From assembly GCF_009834535.1 (NCBI RefSeq), contig NC_045697.1, positions 68,264,001-68,328,000 of the forward strand: a DNA stretch of 64,000 bases. The letters run 5' to 3'. Below the pieces are notes generated by a model. The model did no database searches, had not been told where the DNA came from, and worked only from the letters and a program-made list of their open reading frames with translations. Numbering within the stretch: the stretch's first letter is position 1; each line of letters opens with the position of its first letter. Shown here in pieces: positions 23,481-35,010 of this stretch. The translations under genes were made by a program, and so were the position numbers. The DNA comes from Camelus ferus (lineage: Eukaryota).

Positions 23481-24741
23481 AGCGTTTAATTTTTTTTTTT
23501 TTGGTAGATTTACAAAAAAGTTGCCAGAATCATACAGAGTGTTCTCATATACCTCCACTCATTTTCCCCTAAGGCTAACATCTTTCATAACCATTGCATA
23601 ATGATCAAAACTAAGAAATTAACCTTGATAAAATATTATAAACTAAACTACAGACTTCATTTGGATTTTACCAGGTTTTTTTTTTCCCTCTAATGTCCTT
23701 TATTTCTTCCAGGAGTCTACATAGCACTTAATCACCATGTCACCTTAGTCTCCTCAAGTCTGTAACAGTTACTCAGTCTTTCCTTGTCTTTCATGACCTT
23801 ACTTTTAAAGAATAGTGATCAATTGTTTTGTAACATATCATTCAGTATGGGTTAATGTGATGTTTTCCCATGATTAGATTGAGGTTGTGGGTTCTGGAGA
23901 AAACTATCAAGGTAATGTGCCCTTCCCAGTCTGTTATCTCAAAGATACCCGATGTTGATGTGTCTTATTACTGATGATGTTTACCTTGATTACCTAGGTA
24001 AGGTGGTGTCTGCCTGTTTTATCCACTGGAAAAGTACTTTTTACTTTTTTTTATAACTTTGTAGTTAATAAATATTTTAGGAGAGATTTCTTGAGGCTGT
24101 GATATCCTGTTTTATTTCAAACATTTGGACCTTAAGTTTAGCTTCCATTGCCAAGAGTGGATGTTGCTCACGATAATTATTTCCTTCATGTCTGATTGTG
24201 ATTTTATTTTTCTCATACCTTCTTCATCTAATAATTAGAATTATTTTATATGGAAAAGTTGTATCTTCTCTTCCACTTCTTATTTATTTAATTATTTATT
24301 TACATAAATTTAGGCTCATGGGTATTTATTTTATTCTTTCAGTTTAATCCAATACCCTTATTACTTATTTTCTTGCTCTGATTGTTCTAGCTTTGGTCCT
24401 TGGCCATTGTTTCAGATTGGTTTCAGTGACCTTTTAACACACATCCAGCTATTTTTGAGCACTTTTTCTACTTTAAAAATTACACAAAGTATACAAAGAG
24501 CTCATCATGTGTTTACACTCTCTCAGTCCTGGAATCAGTCACTTTTTCAAGGAGCCCTGGTTATATTTATTGAATAGTGGTATTTAAGAAACTAAATTTT
24601 GTCCCTAAGTCTACCATTGCTTCTAGGACCTCTCAGTGGACAGACCTTGAAAATATAGGTATACATATTAAGTCATGCACACACAGGTACAAACATACAC
24701 AGACATCTATATTCCCCCATATGTATGTATATATACTTTAT

Positions 24742-24782
24742 ACACACGCGCGCACACACACACACACACACGCACACACACA
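24742..24782. repeat. Alternating purine-pyrimidine tract (CA)n with a CGCGCG core
   Basis: acacacgcgcgcacacacacacacacacacgcacacacaca, read directly. Confidence 0.9.
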
Positions 24783-24784
24783 TA

Positions 24785-25616
24785 ATGAAATAAAGATTCA
24801 CTTTTTAAGGAAACACAGGAAAAATTTAAACATAAAACTTTTTTCTCTGCCACTTTACCTCCTCCTTCCCCACTAGTGTGCTTTGTACATCTGCATTATG
24901 TGTTAACTGGATCTCTTTAATGGCAGAAATACATGCTCAACCATAGAGATCAATTTTTTTTTCTTTCTGGTACCAGCTATATAACTCCTTAGAAGATAGC
25001 ATTCCTTTCTCAATCCTATAAGGGGTCACAATGATCCACCACTCTCCTTGTATGTGCAGATATCTTTGGTGAACATTTTATTTTCAATGCCAGTGTATCA
25101 TTTCCCTTAAAGGTAGCAGTTTGTGCAGAACAGACTGGTCAGATGACCTGGGAAGATACTAAGCTGCACCAAATGGGAATTCTTAGCTTAATTATGTAAT
25201 TATGACCCTATTAATGTTACTAGCTATATTATTTGTATTCTGTCTCTTGTACAAGATTATTGTTTTTTGCATTACCAAATGTGTGACTGAACCACAGATA
25301 AAATTAATGATGGTTAGGAAACTTTAAATGACTGACCAAATATATAGTCCAATAACATCAATCAATGTGATGGTGTAACTCTAGATATGGGAAGAAGCAA
25401 CAAGAGGGAATCATTTCCTGTACCATAACAAACTATAAGACAAGTAGTCCAGAAGCTTTTGGCTACTGTTAATAGGGCCTCTTCCAGTAAAAGCAGATTG
25501 AATGACTCATCAATGAAATACCTGACTGGGAATGAGCATTCCTAGTGCATAGGACAAATTGGTCACAAAATGCCTCCCAAGTCTTGGTCAAAATTAAGAC
25601 TGAAAGGGAAGAGATT
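24785..25616 (+). mobile_element. ERV internal 3' remnant (env TM/cytoplasmic tail and polypurine tract)
   Basis: 25169-25327 translates PNGNS*LNYVIMTLLMLLAILFVFCLLYKIIVFCITKCVTEPQIKLMMVRKL*, an env membrane-anchor-like segment. The polypurine tract gaaagggaagaga lies immediately before the LTR TG. Confidence 0.65.
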
Positions 25617-26085
25617 GTAAAATAAAGAATGTTGCCCACCATCCAGCTGAAAAAGAATTGAGTCATTAGCCACTGCAGTCACTGACGTACAGTACATCCT
25701 AAAAGGAATTTGGGATGAAGATCAGGATGAGGCACTTTGTACTCTGGGAGAACTGGTAGAACTGGCTCTCAGATAGTTAGGTATTTTCAGGAGAAATTTT
25801 TTATGAACCTGGATTTTTTCATTTTCCCATGCTTAGAAAAGCACTAAAACCATTAACTAAGATGACCATTCCTTGTGACTAGCAGCAATCTTCGACTGAG
25901 ATATGTGCCTGATTACATGTGCCCCCTTTGCAACAATCACATATATATTGACCTCCCTACTTAATTGCTCAGAACAGTTCTCAGAGCTCTTTGAGAGACT
26001 CTTCTGGGTTATAAGCCTCAGTTTGGCTCAAATAAAAATTTCCATTTCTTTCTTAGATTGATTATTCATTAACTTTTCATCAACA
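25617..26085 (+). mobile_element. ERV1-type 3' LTR
   Basis: TG...CA termini (tgtaaaataaagaatgttgccc ... ttttcatcaaca), preceded by a PPT; aataaa at about 26031. Confidence 0.8.
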
Positions 26086-26393
26086 TTTAAAATCATTAAT
26101 TTATACTGACAGCTCCAGTTCTGATTCAAAACCACAGAGTTCATCTAGCCTTTCCCCTTTCCATATCTGTAATGTCTTTGTCCACAACAGAGAAATCATT
26201 CTCATTTTGCATTATCTACAATATATTTACTAATTTGTTCAGCTCTACTGAATATGTAAAGTAGTTCCAAATTTCTAAACTATACTCCTGTGAGAAACGA
26301 ATTTGTTAACTAGGGTATAGTATTTGTGAACTGTTCTTTTTGTTATTAGCCTTATAGAATCTAATCAAAATGCTGTTTTATAAAATAATTTAC

Positions 26394-26830
26394 TGTATTA
26401 GTTTCCTAGGGCTGCCATAACAAAACCAAAAAAATGATAGCCTAAAATGACAAATGTATTCTCCCACAGTTCTGGAGGCTGTAAGTCTGAAATCAAGGTA
26501 GCTAAAGGTCCATATTCTCTCTGATGGCTTTAGTGGGGGAGTCCTTCCTTGCTTCTTCTACTTCTACAGCAGTCCTTGGTATTCCTTGGCTGGTAGTTGC
26601 ATCACTCTGCTCATATGGCCGTCTTCTCTCTGTGTGTCTTCAAATTGTCTTCCTTCTGTGTGTGTCTGTATCTGTGTTCAAATTTCCCCTTTTTATGAGA
26701 ACATTGGATTAGGCTCCACCCTAGTGGCTTCATTTAAACTTGACTGGGTCTGCAAAGATACATTTCCAAATAAGGTCACAGGTACTGGAGGTTAGGATTT
26801 CAACATATCTTTTTTAGGGGACACCATTCA
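26394..26830 (-). mobile_element. MaLR solo LTR (MLT1B/C-like)
   Basis: tgtattagtttcctagggctgccataacaaa...cacagttctggaggctgtaagtctgaaatcaagg...tttccaaataaggtcaca...ggttaggatttcaacatatctttt. Confidence 0.9.
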
Positions 26831-27419
26831 ATTTATTCGGCATTCTTAAGTACTCACGTGTGATGCAGTTAGGTTCATTTGTTACAGTTTACATTCTATT
26901 TTGAATTATTCTTACAACCTAGTGATATTTTAGACTTATATCAATAAACTTTCTTCTTTGTGATGTACAGTTGTGTGCATTTTGGCAAATGCATAAAGTT
27001 GTTCATCCACTACCACAGTCATAATTACCGAATAGTTACATCTTCCCCTCAGAGTTTCTTCTGCTGCCCTTTTGTAGCTCCTCTCACCGTGCCTTTAACA
27101 GTTTTTTGAAGTTTCATTTTCCCTATCTTTACTCTTTCTTCTGAGATTTTATTTTTTGTTTGATGTTTCTATTTATTTGTTTTAGCCTCTGTCTTTGATA
27201 TTAAAGGACTTCCCAAACTGTGGTGACCTGTGGCTATCTGTTCATATTTGACTTGAGCAGTCAAATGTTGATTAGAATTCTGTCTGCGTGATACTGGATG
27301 ATGCTGGTAGACTGTGGGCTCCAGACTAGGATGATTCTTTGGATCATTCCCTTGAGGGAACACTTGAAGTTAGCATATTTTCTCTTGTATTAGTCTCATT
27401 TTCTAGAGAAAGTATTTCT

Positions 27420-28011
27420 TTTTTTAAAAATTTAAATTTAAAAATGTTTTTGTTGAATGAAAGCTTTTAAATTCTATAGTGCTTTACAATTTCCAAAAGT
27501 TTTACACACATGATTTTAGATAATTCTGGAATAACCCTTTTTTCCCCTACCTCTTTTTACCCCTTCCCCCTTCTCTCTCCCACTGGTAACCACTAGTTTA
27601 TTCTCTGTATATCTGTGAGTCTGCTTCTTTTTTTTTTCCACTAGTTTGTTGTAATTTTTAGATTCAATGTGTAAGTAATATCATATAGTATTTGTCTTCT
27701 TTGTCTGACTTATTTCACTTAGCATAATGCTCTCTAAGTCCATCCATGTTTTTGCAAATGGCAAAATTTCATTCTTTTTATGGCTTAGTAGTACTCCGTT
27801 GTATATGTATACCACATCTTCCTTATCCATTCATTTGTTGCTGGACATTTAGGTTGATTCCATATCTTAAACTATAGTAAATAATGCTGTTATGAACATT
27901 GGGATACATGTAACTTTTCAAATTAGTTTTTCACAAGGGTTCCCTTTTTTCCACATCCTTCCCAACATGTTGTTTGTGCTCTTTTTGATGATTGCCATTC
28001 TGAAAGGTGTG
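27420..28011 (-). mobile_element. 5'-truncated LINE-1 with MIR-like 3' tail (L1_Art-like), 14-bp TSD
   Basis: L1 ORF2 end and 3' UTR at 27535-28010 (tctgacttatttcacttagcataatgctctctaagtccatccatg); TSD gagaaagtatttct (27406-27419) / gagaaagcacttct (28012-28025). Confidence 0.85.
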
Positions 28012-28231
28012 GAGAAAGCACTTCTAAATTCATGGTAAGAAGGCCTAGTCCTATCTGTACCCCCACAATTCCTGGAGTCTGGCAGAGGTGAACATGTAAA
28101 AGATCACAGACACAGTATATTGCTCTTAACTTTATTCCCAAATTTTCAGAATGATAATCTCACTCTCAGCTGTGCCTGGTATGCTCCCAGACCAGAGACT
28201 TTCAGCATAATTCTCTTTAGATAGTGAATAT

Positions 28232-28686
28232 TGTTATGAGTTGAATTGAGTCCTCAAAATTCGTATGTTGAAATCCTAACACCCAGTACCTCAGAATGTG
28301 ACCTTATTTGGAGACAGCATCTTTACAGAGGTAATTAACTTAAAATGAGGTCATTAGGTTTAATCCTAATCCAGTGTGACTGATCTTAAAAAAGGGGAAA
28401 TTTGGACACACAGATATGCACAAAGAAAAACAATGTGAAGGCACAGGGAAAATACCAGTGAAGATGAAGGCAGAGATTGGGGTGATATATCTATACATCA
28501 AGGAACACCAAAGGTTGCCAGCAAACCACTACAAGTTAGGAGAGCTACCTCCCTCAATAGCCCTCTGAAAGATCTAACCCTGCACACTCTGATCTTAAAC
28601 TTCTAGCCTCCAGAACTGTGAGACAGTATATTTCTATTGATTGAGTCACTCGGTGTGTGGTATTTTGTCATGACAAGACAAATACA
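28232..28686 (+). mobile_element. MaLR solo LTR (MLT1C-like)
   Basis: tgttatgagttgaattg...cccagtacctcagaatgtgaccttatttggag...gaagatgaaggcagagattggggtgat...cttctagcctccagaactgtgagac...aataca. Confidence 0.92.
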
Positions 28687-29034
28687 GTGCCTAAGAGTGA
28701 CTAGCAGGTAGGGGTCATTCAACTGCCATTATGCAGTTCCTCAACAACATTCTCACAGGAACAGAAGAAATAAATAAAGAGATGCAGTAATACATTCTCA
28801 TGAAAATAAAGGAACATAGTAGTATATTCAGTGTTGCAGTAAAAGTTTTATAGCAATTTTAAGGGGTAGAATTTAAAATGTCCTCTAGTTTCCCAGAGGA
28901 TAAGAATCTGAGATCGATCAGGGATATTTGGAAGGGACTCATGATATAGGAATTCAGCTGTTCATCCATTTGACAAGAAAGACCGTTGGTGACAAAAAAG
29001 AATGAAAAATTTTTGGTATTGGAATTAGGGTTAA

Positions 29035-29145
29035 ATAAGTCATTCATCATTTATTGAGTATCCATCATATGTTGAAGCATTTTGCTAGGGGCAGAGGGCA
29101 CAAGAATAAACAACTCCTGGCTTTCCTGTTCAAGAACTAACAATA
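29035..29145 (-). mobile_element. L2 3' tail fragment
   Basis: tcattcatcatttattgagtatccatcatatg...tgctaggggcagagggcacaagaataaacaa. Confidence 0.6.
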
Positions 29146-30836
29146 TATTTGGGACTATATCTTTAAAATGTCATAAAAAATATCTGTCAACGGGTTACGA
29201 AGTGGAAATGATTGAAAATAAGTAACGTAATTACAGGTACGATGAGAATTCAAATGCAGCAGGAAACTGTGCGTGTGTGTACTGTTCCCATTTGTCAACA
29301 TGAATTTGTTCTGAGCCATTAAAACACTTTCAGGAACTCCTTACATCTTTTTTGGATAGAGTAACTTTGTTGTATGGGCTGAACCATGATTATATTCCAT
29401 ATGCAGTCTTATATCCTTACTTTATCATTTAACATTACATATTGTAAAACTTTTTGAATTATCTTTAAATAATACTTTTTTAAGGACAAAATTTGCAAAA
29501 GATTCAATGACATTTTGAGTTTAATTTGGGAAAAAAAAACACTTTTGGAGTGAAGGTCTAGTTTTCCATAATTTGCCTTATTCTTGAAATTTAAGCCATT
29601 TGGGTAACATTTACACATTTAAAGTATTTTCTCTTGGCCGATGTTTATAGCACTTCATGTTTTCAGTTATCAAAGTAAGAAGATTCTCATTTATCTGCAT
29701 TGTTTATAAGGCATCCACTGAATACCAGAAAATATACTAACTTAAACATTATAGTAATAACTAACAGAGTTATGGACTAACAGCTACTGTTAACCAACAT
29801 TCTCACTATTCCTTATAAGCTTTGGTACTGATCCTTGCACACACTTGAGTGTACATTGCTCAGCTTTGAGAGGTACATTAACTCTTTCAAGTCCCAGGAG
29901 CACGATTTAGTAAATGACTTCTTTAGTGCTCTAAATGTACCTTAGTGCCCTGAAAGAGCCACATTAATCTTCAGAACATCCCATGAGTACATAGGTCAGG
30001 AAATGGAATTTTCTTGATTTTCTCAGCTCAAAACATTATGAAGCTTACATAATTTCACAGGTGAGTCTCACTGGATTCTAGTTTCCTAAGTTCTTAAGTA
30101 TCACCCAAATTCAACACCTAGAAAAAGAGAGAATTATTCACACAGAAGACTTTTTCAATTGAATTCCTGGAGTAACTGGAAAGAGAAACCCTAACTTAAC
30201 CAATGTAATTGCATCATCAGAATCATTCTAAGTAACTTACTATAGAAACAGCATACAAACCATTCAGTGAAAATGCAGATATAAAAATAATAGAAAATTC
30301 AAAGGCCAAAATCAGCTTTATACTTACAACTGAAATTTACTGATTATTGGACAAAAGAATACTCTATGACTTAAAACCCAAAGGAAAAAAAAATCTGCTT
30401 AATTTCATCAATTCAGTTTATAGAACATAAGGTAATTTCCTGTAAGTTTCTAGGTTAAAAGTGAAGTATAATCAATATCAGAAATTTATAGACTACTGTA
30501 TTTAAAAATGTGTTTTTTCCTTTCAGTTTTTCTGTTTACTTGTTACCAAATTTGTCACCATGGAAAAATATATTTCTTAGATTTAGATTGCTACTTTTTA
30601 TTCCTCTTCTGATTTTAACCACCTAACTAATAGGCAAAATAAAAGAAATTCTTACGCTTTTTCATATTAATATTGCCTACTTTTTAATTTAGTCAGATTG
30701 GGGGAGTCTAACCCTTCCCAAACATTGCACTTCTAGGAGGAGTGAAAACACAGGTCTTCAAGTAATGCCATCTTTGGAATGAGAAAGTGCATATAAAATC
30801 CTTAGCCTAATTATTGGCATATAATTAAAGTTAAAT

Positions 30837-31383
30837 TGTTACCCACAAAGGTAAAGACCTGGATTCTTGTCATACCCGAATGATAAGCTTACAGTCAGGA
30901 GATGGTGCATTGTGTAGTGAAAGAGTTTAAAAGATTTATCTAAAAAAAGGAAATGTTACACCTCCAAGAACAAGAGGCTGTCTGATCCAAGGGAGGAAAA
31001 GCAGAGGGTTTTGTCTCCCCTTTCTCTTATACCCTCGCTTAGAGGCGGTCTCTTTATTGATTGATGGCTCTTGTCCCAGGAATGCTTAGTCATGTTTGTC
31101 CCCTTTGCACATGTCCTGAGCCATGATGTATACAGAAAAACCCATAGTGGGGCCTAAATTGAATTGTTAATTATAATACAATGAACGTTGGGTTGTGTCC
31201 AATTAAGTCCTTTCTGCTACTGTGCAGTCGTGGCTGTCGGGTTCTAACTTGTTTCTTGCTGGCACTCTTTTAGAAGAAGTAAAGTCCTTTTATGCTGCAG
31301 GCGGGCATAACACCATCTCCCGGACCATCCTCTCTCTCCTCCACCTTTCTGCCCAGTGCCCCCACTTATCTAACTACCTAACA
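30837..31383 (-). mobile_element. ERV1-type solo LTR inserted into a MIR 3' tail
   Basis: TG...CA ends (tgttaccc ... ctacctaaca) with aaat/caat flanks. The flanks rejoin as a MIR tail (aatgagaaagtgcatataaaatccttagc...ggcatataattaaagtt(c)aat|aatgtcagcta). Confidence 0.8.
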
Positions 31384-32239
31384 CAATAATGTCAGCTAAA
31401 ATTTTTTAAAGTAAAAAAAAAAAAATCAGAATGCATTCCAATCATTTAAAACTTAAGGTTTCTGAAAACATTTGTAATTATCAGTAAGTTTAACTTTTTT
31501 GAGTCAAAGAGAACTAACCAGGAAACCCAACAAGCTTTCTTAGCAGAATGCCTAAGAGAAAGAAAATGCAAAGAGTAGTGGTGGGCCCTGAAAATCCAAC
31601 CTTGCTATGAGGATAGCTTCTGAAGAAAGGAAGGGGAAGTGGTCTTCAGGTCCTATTGCAATGTACAGAGAATAGCAAATTCAGGTTAATCCCAGGCCAG
31701 TGCCCACAGTCTGATGGGAGAGAAGTTGCATAGACTACAGAAGTCTCCAGAAAGTCCCAGGGACTCAACACGGGTTAGGCAGCAGGGTGGTTGCAGACTA
31801 TCTTTCCACTGTTGGAAGAACCACAGCTCTCCGTAGGAGTTAGAGGACCAGATCCAGCACCTAGTAACCAGGGATATTTAGGAGTTAGTGTGTCAAGCAA
31901 AAATTAAGGCTGAGGAAGTCTTCATTTCTTTTACAGAAAACTTGGAATGCAATGAGTATATTGATACAGATGCCTATTCAGAGAAACAAGTAAAATGCAT
32001 TGTGATGGGAGACAGGGAGAAGAACTTTACTCAGTGGGCACAGAAATTCCAGAATAGGAGGTTATAAAACTAGTGCTGTTGCTGATGGGTATGCAGCCAA
32101 TATGGCTCCTGCTCACCTGCACATATTCACGTCTTGGTTAAGTGAGCTGAGACTTTAAAAAGTCAACCTAAAGAGTATTTTACTTAGGGGATTGTTTCCA
32201 AAACTCTCTTATTGATGTAGTATTCCTAATAGTACCTTG

Positions 32240-32420
32240 TGATAATAAATGTACTGTGTGGTAGGTATTCTACATATGTTATTTTAATCCTTATGGTAAC
32301 TCTGCAAACTAGTATGATTATCCCCATGACCCAAGAAAAACCTGAAGTTCAGAGACATTTAGATGTCAGTATGTCATAGAGCTGGGATTATTCATCAGTA
32401 TGTCTAGCTCCAAAGGGTTT
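32240..32420 (-). mobile_element. MIR SINE
   Basis: tttaatccttatggtaactctgcaaactagtatgattatcccc...aagaaaaacctgaagttcagaga...agagctgggatt...tctagctccaaag. Confidence 0.7.
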
Positions 32421-32549
32421 CTATCATACTGCTTTTTATAATAGGGTTTTGTAATAATTAGGAAGATGATGTTGTGCAAACTGTGAAGGAGTTTTATTAG
32501 ATAACATGCTTGAATGACCAGAGATAGGGCAGAGTTGTCTCATTGTGAT

Positions 32550-32907
32550 GGAGGGTTGAACTCTGCTGTTCTGTGGGTCAGCTCCCTGCTTCAACCCCCC
32601 TCCACTCAGCTGAAGCAGGGCCACATGTCACATCTGAGTACCATACCATTGGGGGAATAATTCCCCCAACCAGAGAATAAAAACCCTGCATTTCATGCTG
32701 GTTGGACCAACTTAGTTCAAGTGCCCTGGACAGTCACTGAGGTGGGGGGGTGTGATTTATGCTGAATGGATAAAGCCACCTAGTGTTCCTTTCCTGCTGT
32801 CAGTGGTGGGATCAACCCACGGGAAAGAAATGATTGCTTCCTAGTGGTGAAGAAAAGGAATAGATGCTTTGCAGGGATGGAAGGTGGAACCAATAATTTC
32901 CACTACA
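32550..32907 (-). mobile_element. MaLR LTR (MLT1J/K/L-like), decayed
   Basis: tggttggaccaacttagttcaagtgccc...ggaatagatgct...tccactaca terminus. Confidence 0.55.
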
Positions 32908-33624
32908 GTTTTTAGTAAATATGAAATGAACACATAGGAGAAATGACTATTTTTAAATCTTTCTGTCAGGTAACTATTTTTATTCTAGTAAATGCTTTTT
33001 TTTTTATTTTTAGGTTCTAACTCTATCCCCATTATTTATTAAGTATCCATGTGCCATAAATCAATAAAAAAATAAATCAGCATAATGGCAAAGGTTAAAT
33101 GATTGCAGTTTAACTTCATAAAATTTGAGGGAGGCAGAGATTCTAAATTCATGGAGTACAAAAATAATGAAGATTGAAAACATTACAGTTATGGGAAATG
33201 TTTTGGTGATGGGTCCCTGAAAAAACAATTTGAAGATTATTGTATAAACTAAAACTAAACTAATATTGTTTTCATGAGTTAGTGGAATGAGCTTTGTGGA
33301 CAGTATCCTGGTTACTCATCTTACACAGGGATGATCGCCTTAATAGAGTCATTATTGATGATGCTAAATTGAGACAGAGCTGCTCACAGCAGGCAGCACT
33401 AATAAACAAGCAGCCTATTTGAACGCTTAAGAAGAACGAACAAAATGCTATCATTATGGATCGTTTATCCCTTCACAAAATACAGAAAACATGCTCAGGG
33501 AAGTGCAAGGAAACCATGAAGCAGTCACATATGAACAGCAAAAGGAATAATATGATAATGAAGTACTGTTCAATACAAGAAGAGAATGGGCTGAAATAAA
33601 CTAGTTTCCTTGGCCTGATGCTAC

Positions 33625-33735
33625 CCTACAGAAGTACAAGCTCCTTGAAGAGTTATCTCTTCTCCTTGTCTTGTAAAACCTGCTAGACCTTAATATACTT
33701 TCAGGCACATAGGCTGAGCTCAATAAATATTTGTG
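33625..33735 (+). mobile_element. L2 3' end
   Basis: aagctccttgaagag...ggcacataggctgagctcaataaatatttgt. Confidence 0.65.
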
Positions 33736-33954
33736 GGACTTATAAAGAGTGTGATGATAAGCACTAGTGAGACCAATATTAAAAATAGCCACCACTCTCA
33801 GAGATTCCTTAGTGACTGGAGTCTTTATCCTTAAGCAGATAATACTTACTATATTCAAAGTGTTTGGTATTCCAATTCTGATATTTTCTCCCCTTAAGTT
33901 CCGTAAAGGATTTCTACTTGTATCACCATCAGCAAATCTCTTACTATTTCGTAA

Positions 33955-35010
33955 ATAAAATAGAAGCCATCAGTGGGGAAAGTACCTCGCCACCTACTTC
34001 TCCAGTTCTCATCTATGCCTATACACCCATGTTGCCAGCTCCTAAGGTTCACACTTTCATCTATATACTTTGCCCCATCTTTAATTGCCCCATCAATTTT
34101 CTCTGGTCTTTTCCAGGTAGTCTAGCTCCACTTCTCTTCTACCCTTCACAATAGAAATGTACTCAAGTTTCCCTCCTTCCTTACTTATTTTATTTAAATG
34201 AACAAATGTACTTTTTTTCTGAACTGTCATTATCCTTCAAGCTGAGACAGACTGTTTATCTCTCTCCTTCTCTTAGTGATCAGATTATTTAAAAGATATT
34301 GCCCACACTTGCTTTCCCAGTCTCCCCAGTTTCTCATCACCTAAGTCAATTGCAAATTGTAAATTGACTTCCATCTCTACAATTCTGATAAAATTACACT
34401 CACAGACATCACAGAGATCCTAATTTTCAAATACAGTTGGACTGTTTCAAACTCTTTGATATGTCTAAAGCATTATTTCTGTTGTCAACCATCAAATTCT
34501 TTTCTTTAATGCTCTTTTATTCTTTTACTTTTCTCTTAGTTTTGTGTACACATAGACCATATGGCTTCTATTTATCTGTGACCTTTGGTAGCAGGGCCAA
34601 CTTACTTTCAGTATATGTGCTAGCCAAAGTGTACTCACCCTCAACATCTAACCCTTGATTGATTGTCCTTGATAAAACTCTTTCCTGATAGCTAATTTTT
34701 TAATGATTTTAAATATACATTTTATAAAAATTCTTATCACTTACTGCTGCATGCCTTTCTTTAATCCCATTTATTTTCTAATGTATCTCATTTTTCTTCC
34801 TGGATTGCCATTCTTTTCTTTATCTTTCTAGAAAAATGCTAACTCCCCATTCCTCTCTCACTCTTTCTCTGTCCCTCTTCTTAGTTGAAGCCTTTCTCAG
34901 GCCTCATGGATTATTACAGTGACTTCTTAACACTCAACCCTCCAATCTATCCTCTCTATTATTGTTCGCTGGTATGCCAAAAAAGAAAAGATCCAACGTT
35001 CCAATATTTT
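33955..35010 (+). mobile_element. L2 body fragments
   Basis: Pyrimidine-rich decayed L2 (aaaatagaagccatcag; caattgcaa...tgacttccatctc; atggattattacagtgacttcttaac). Confidence 0.55.

Larger units (their letters stand above)
23490..27100 (-). mobile_element. Old LINE-1 3' UTR (L1MC/L1MD-like), split by an ERV remnant (24785-26085) and an MLT1 LTR (26394-26830)
   Basis: tagatttacaaaaaagttgccagaatcatacagagtgttctcatatacc...ctaagaaattaaccttgat...aactaaactacagacttcatt; resumes after 26085 (tatactgacagctccagttctgattcaaaaccacagagttcat). Confidence 0.8.
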
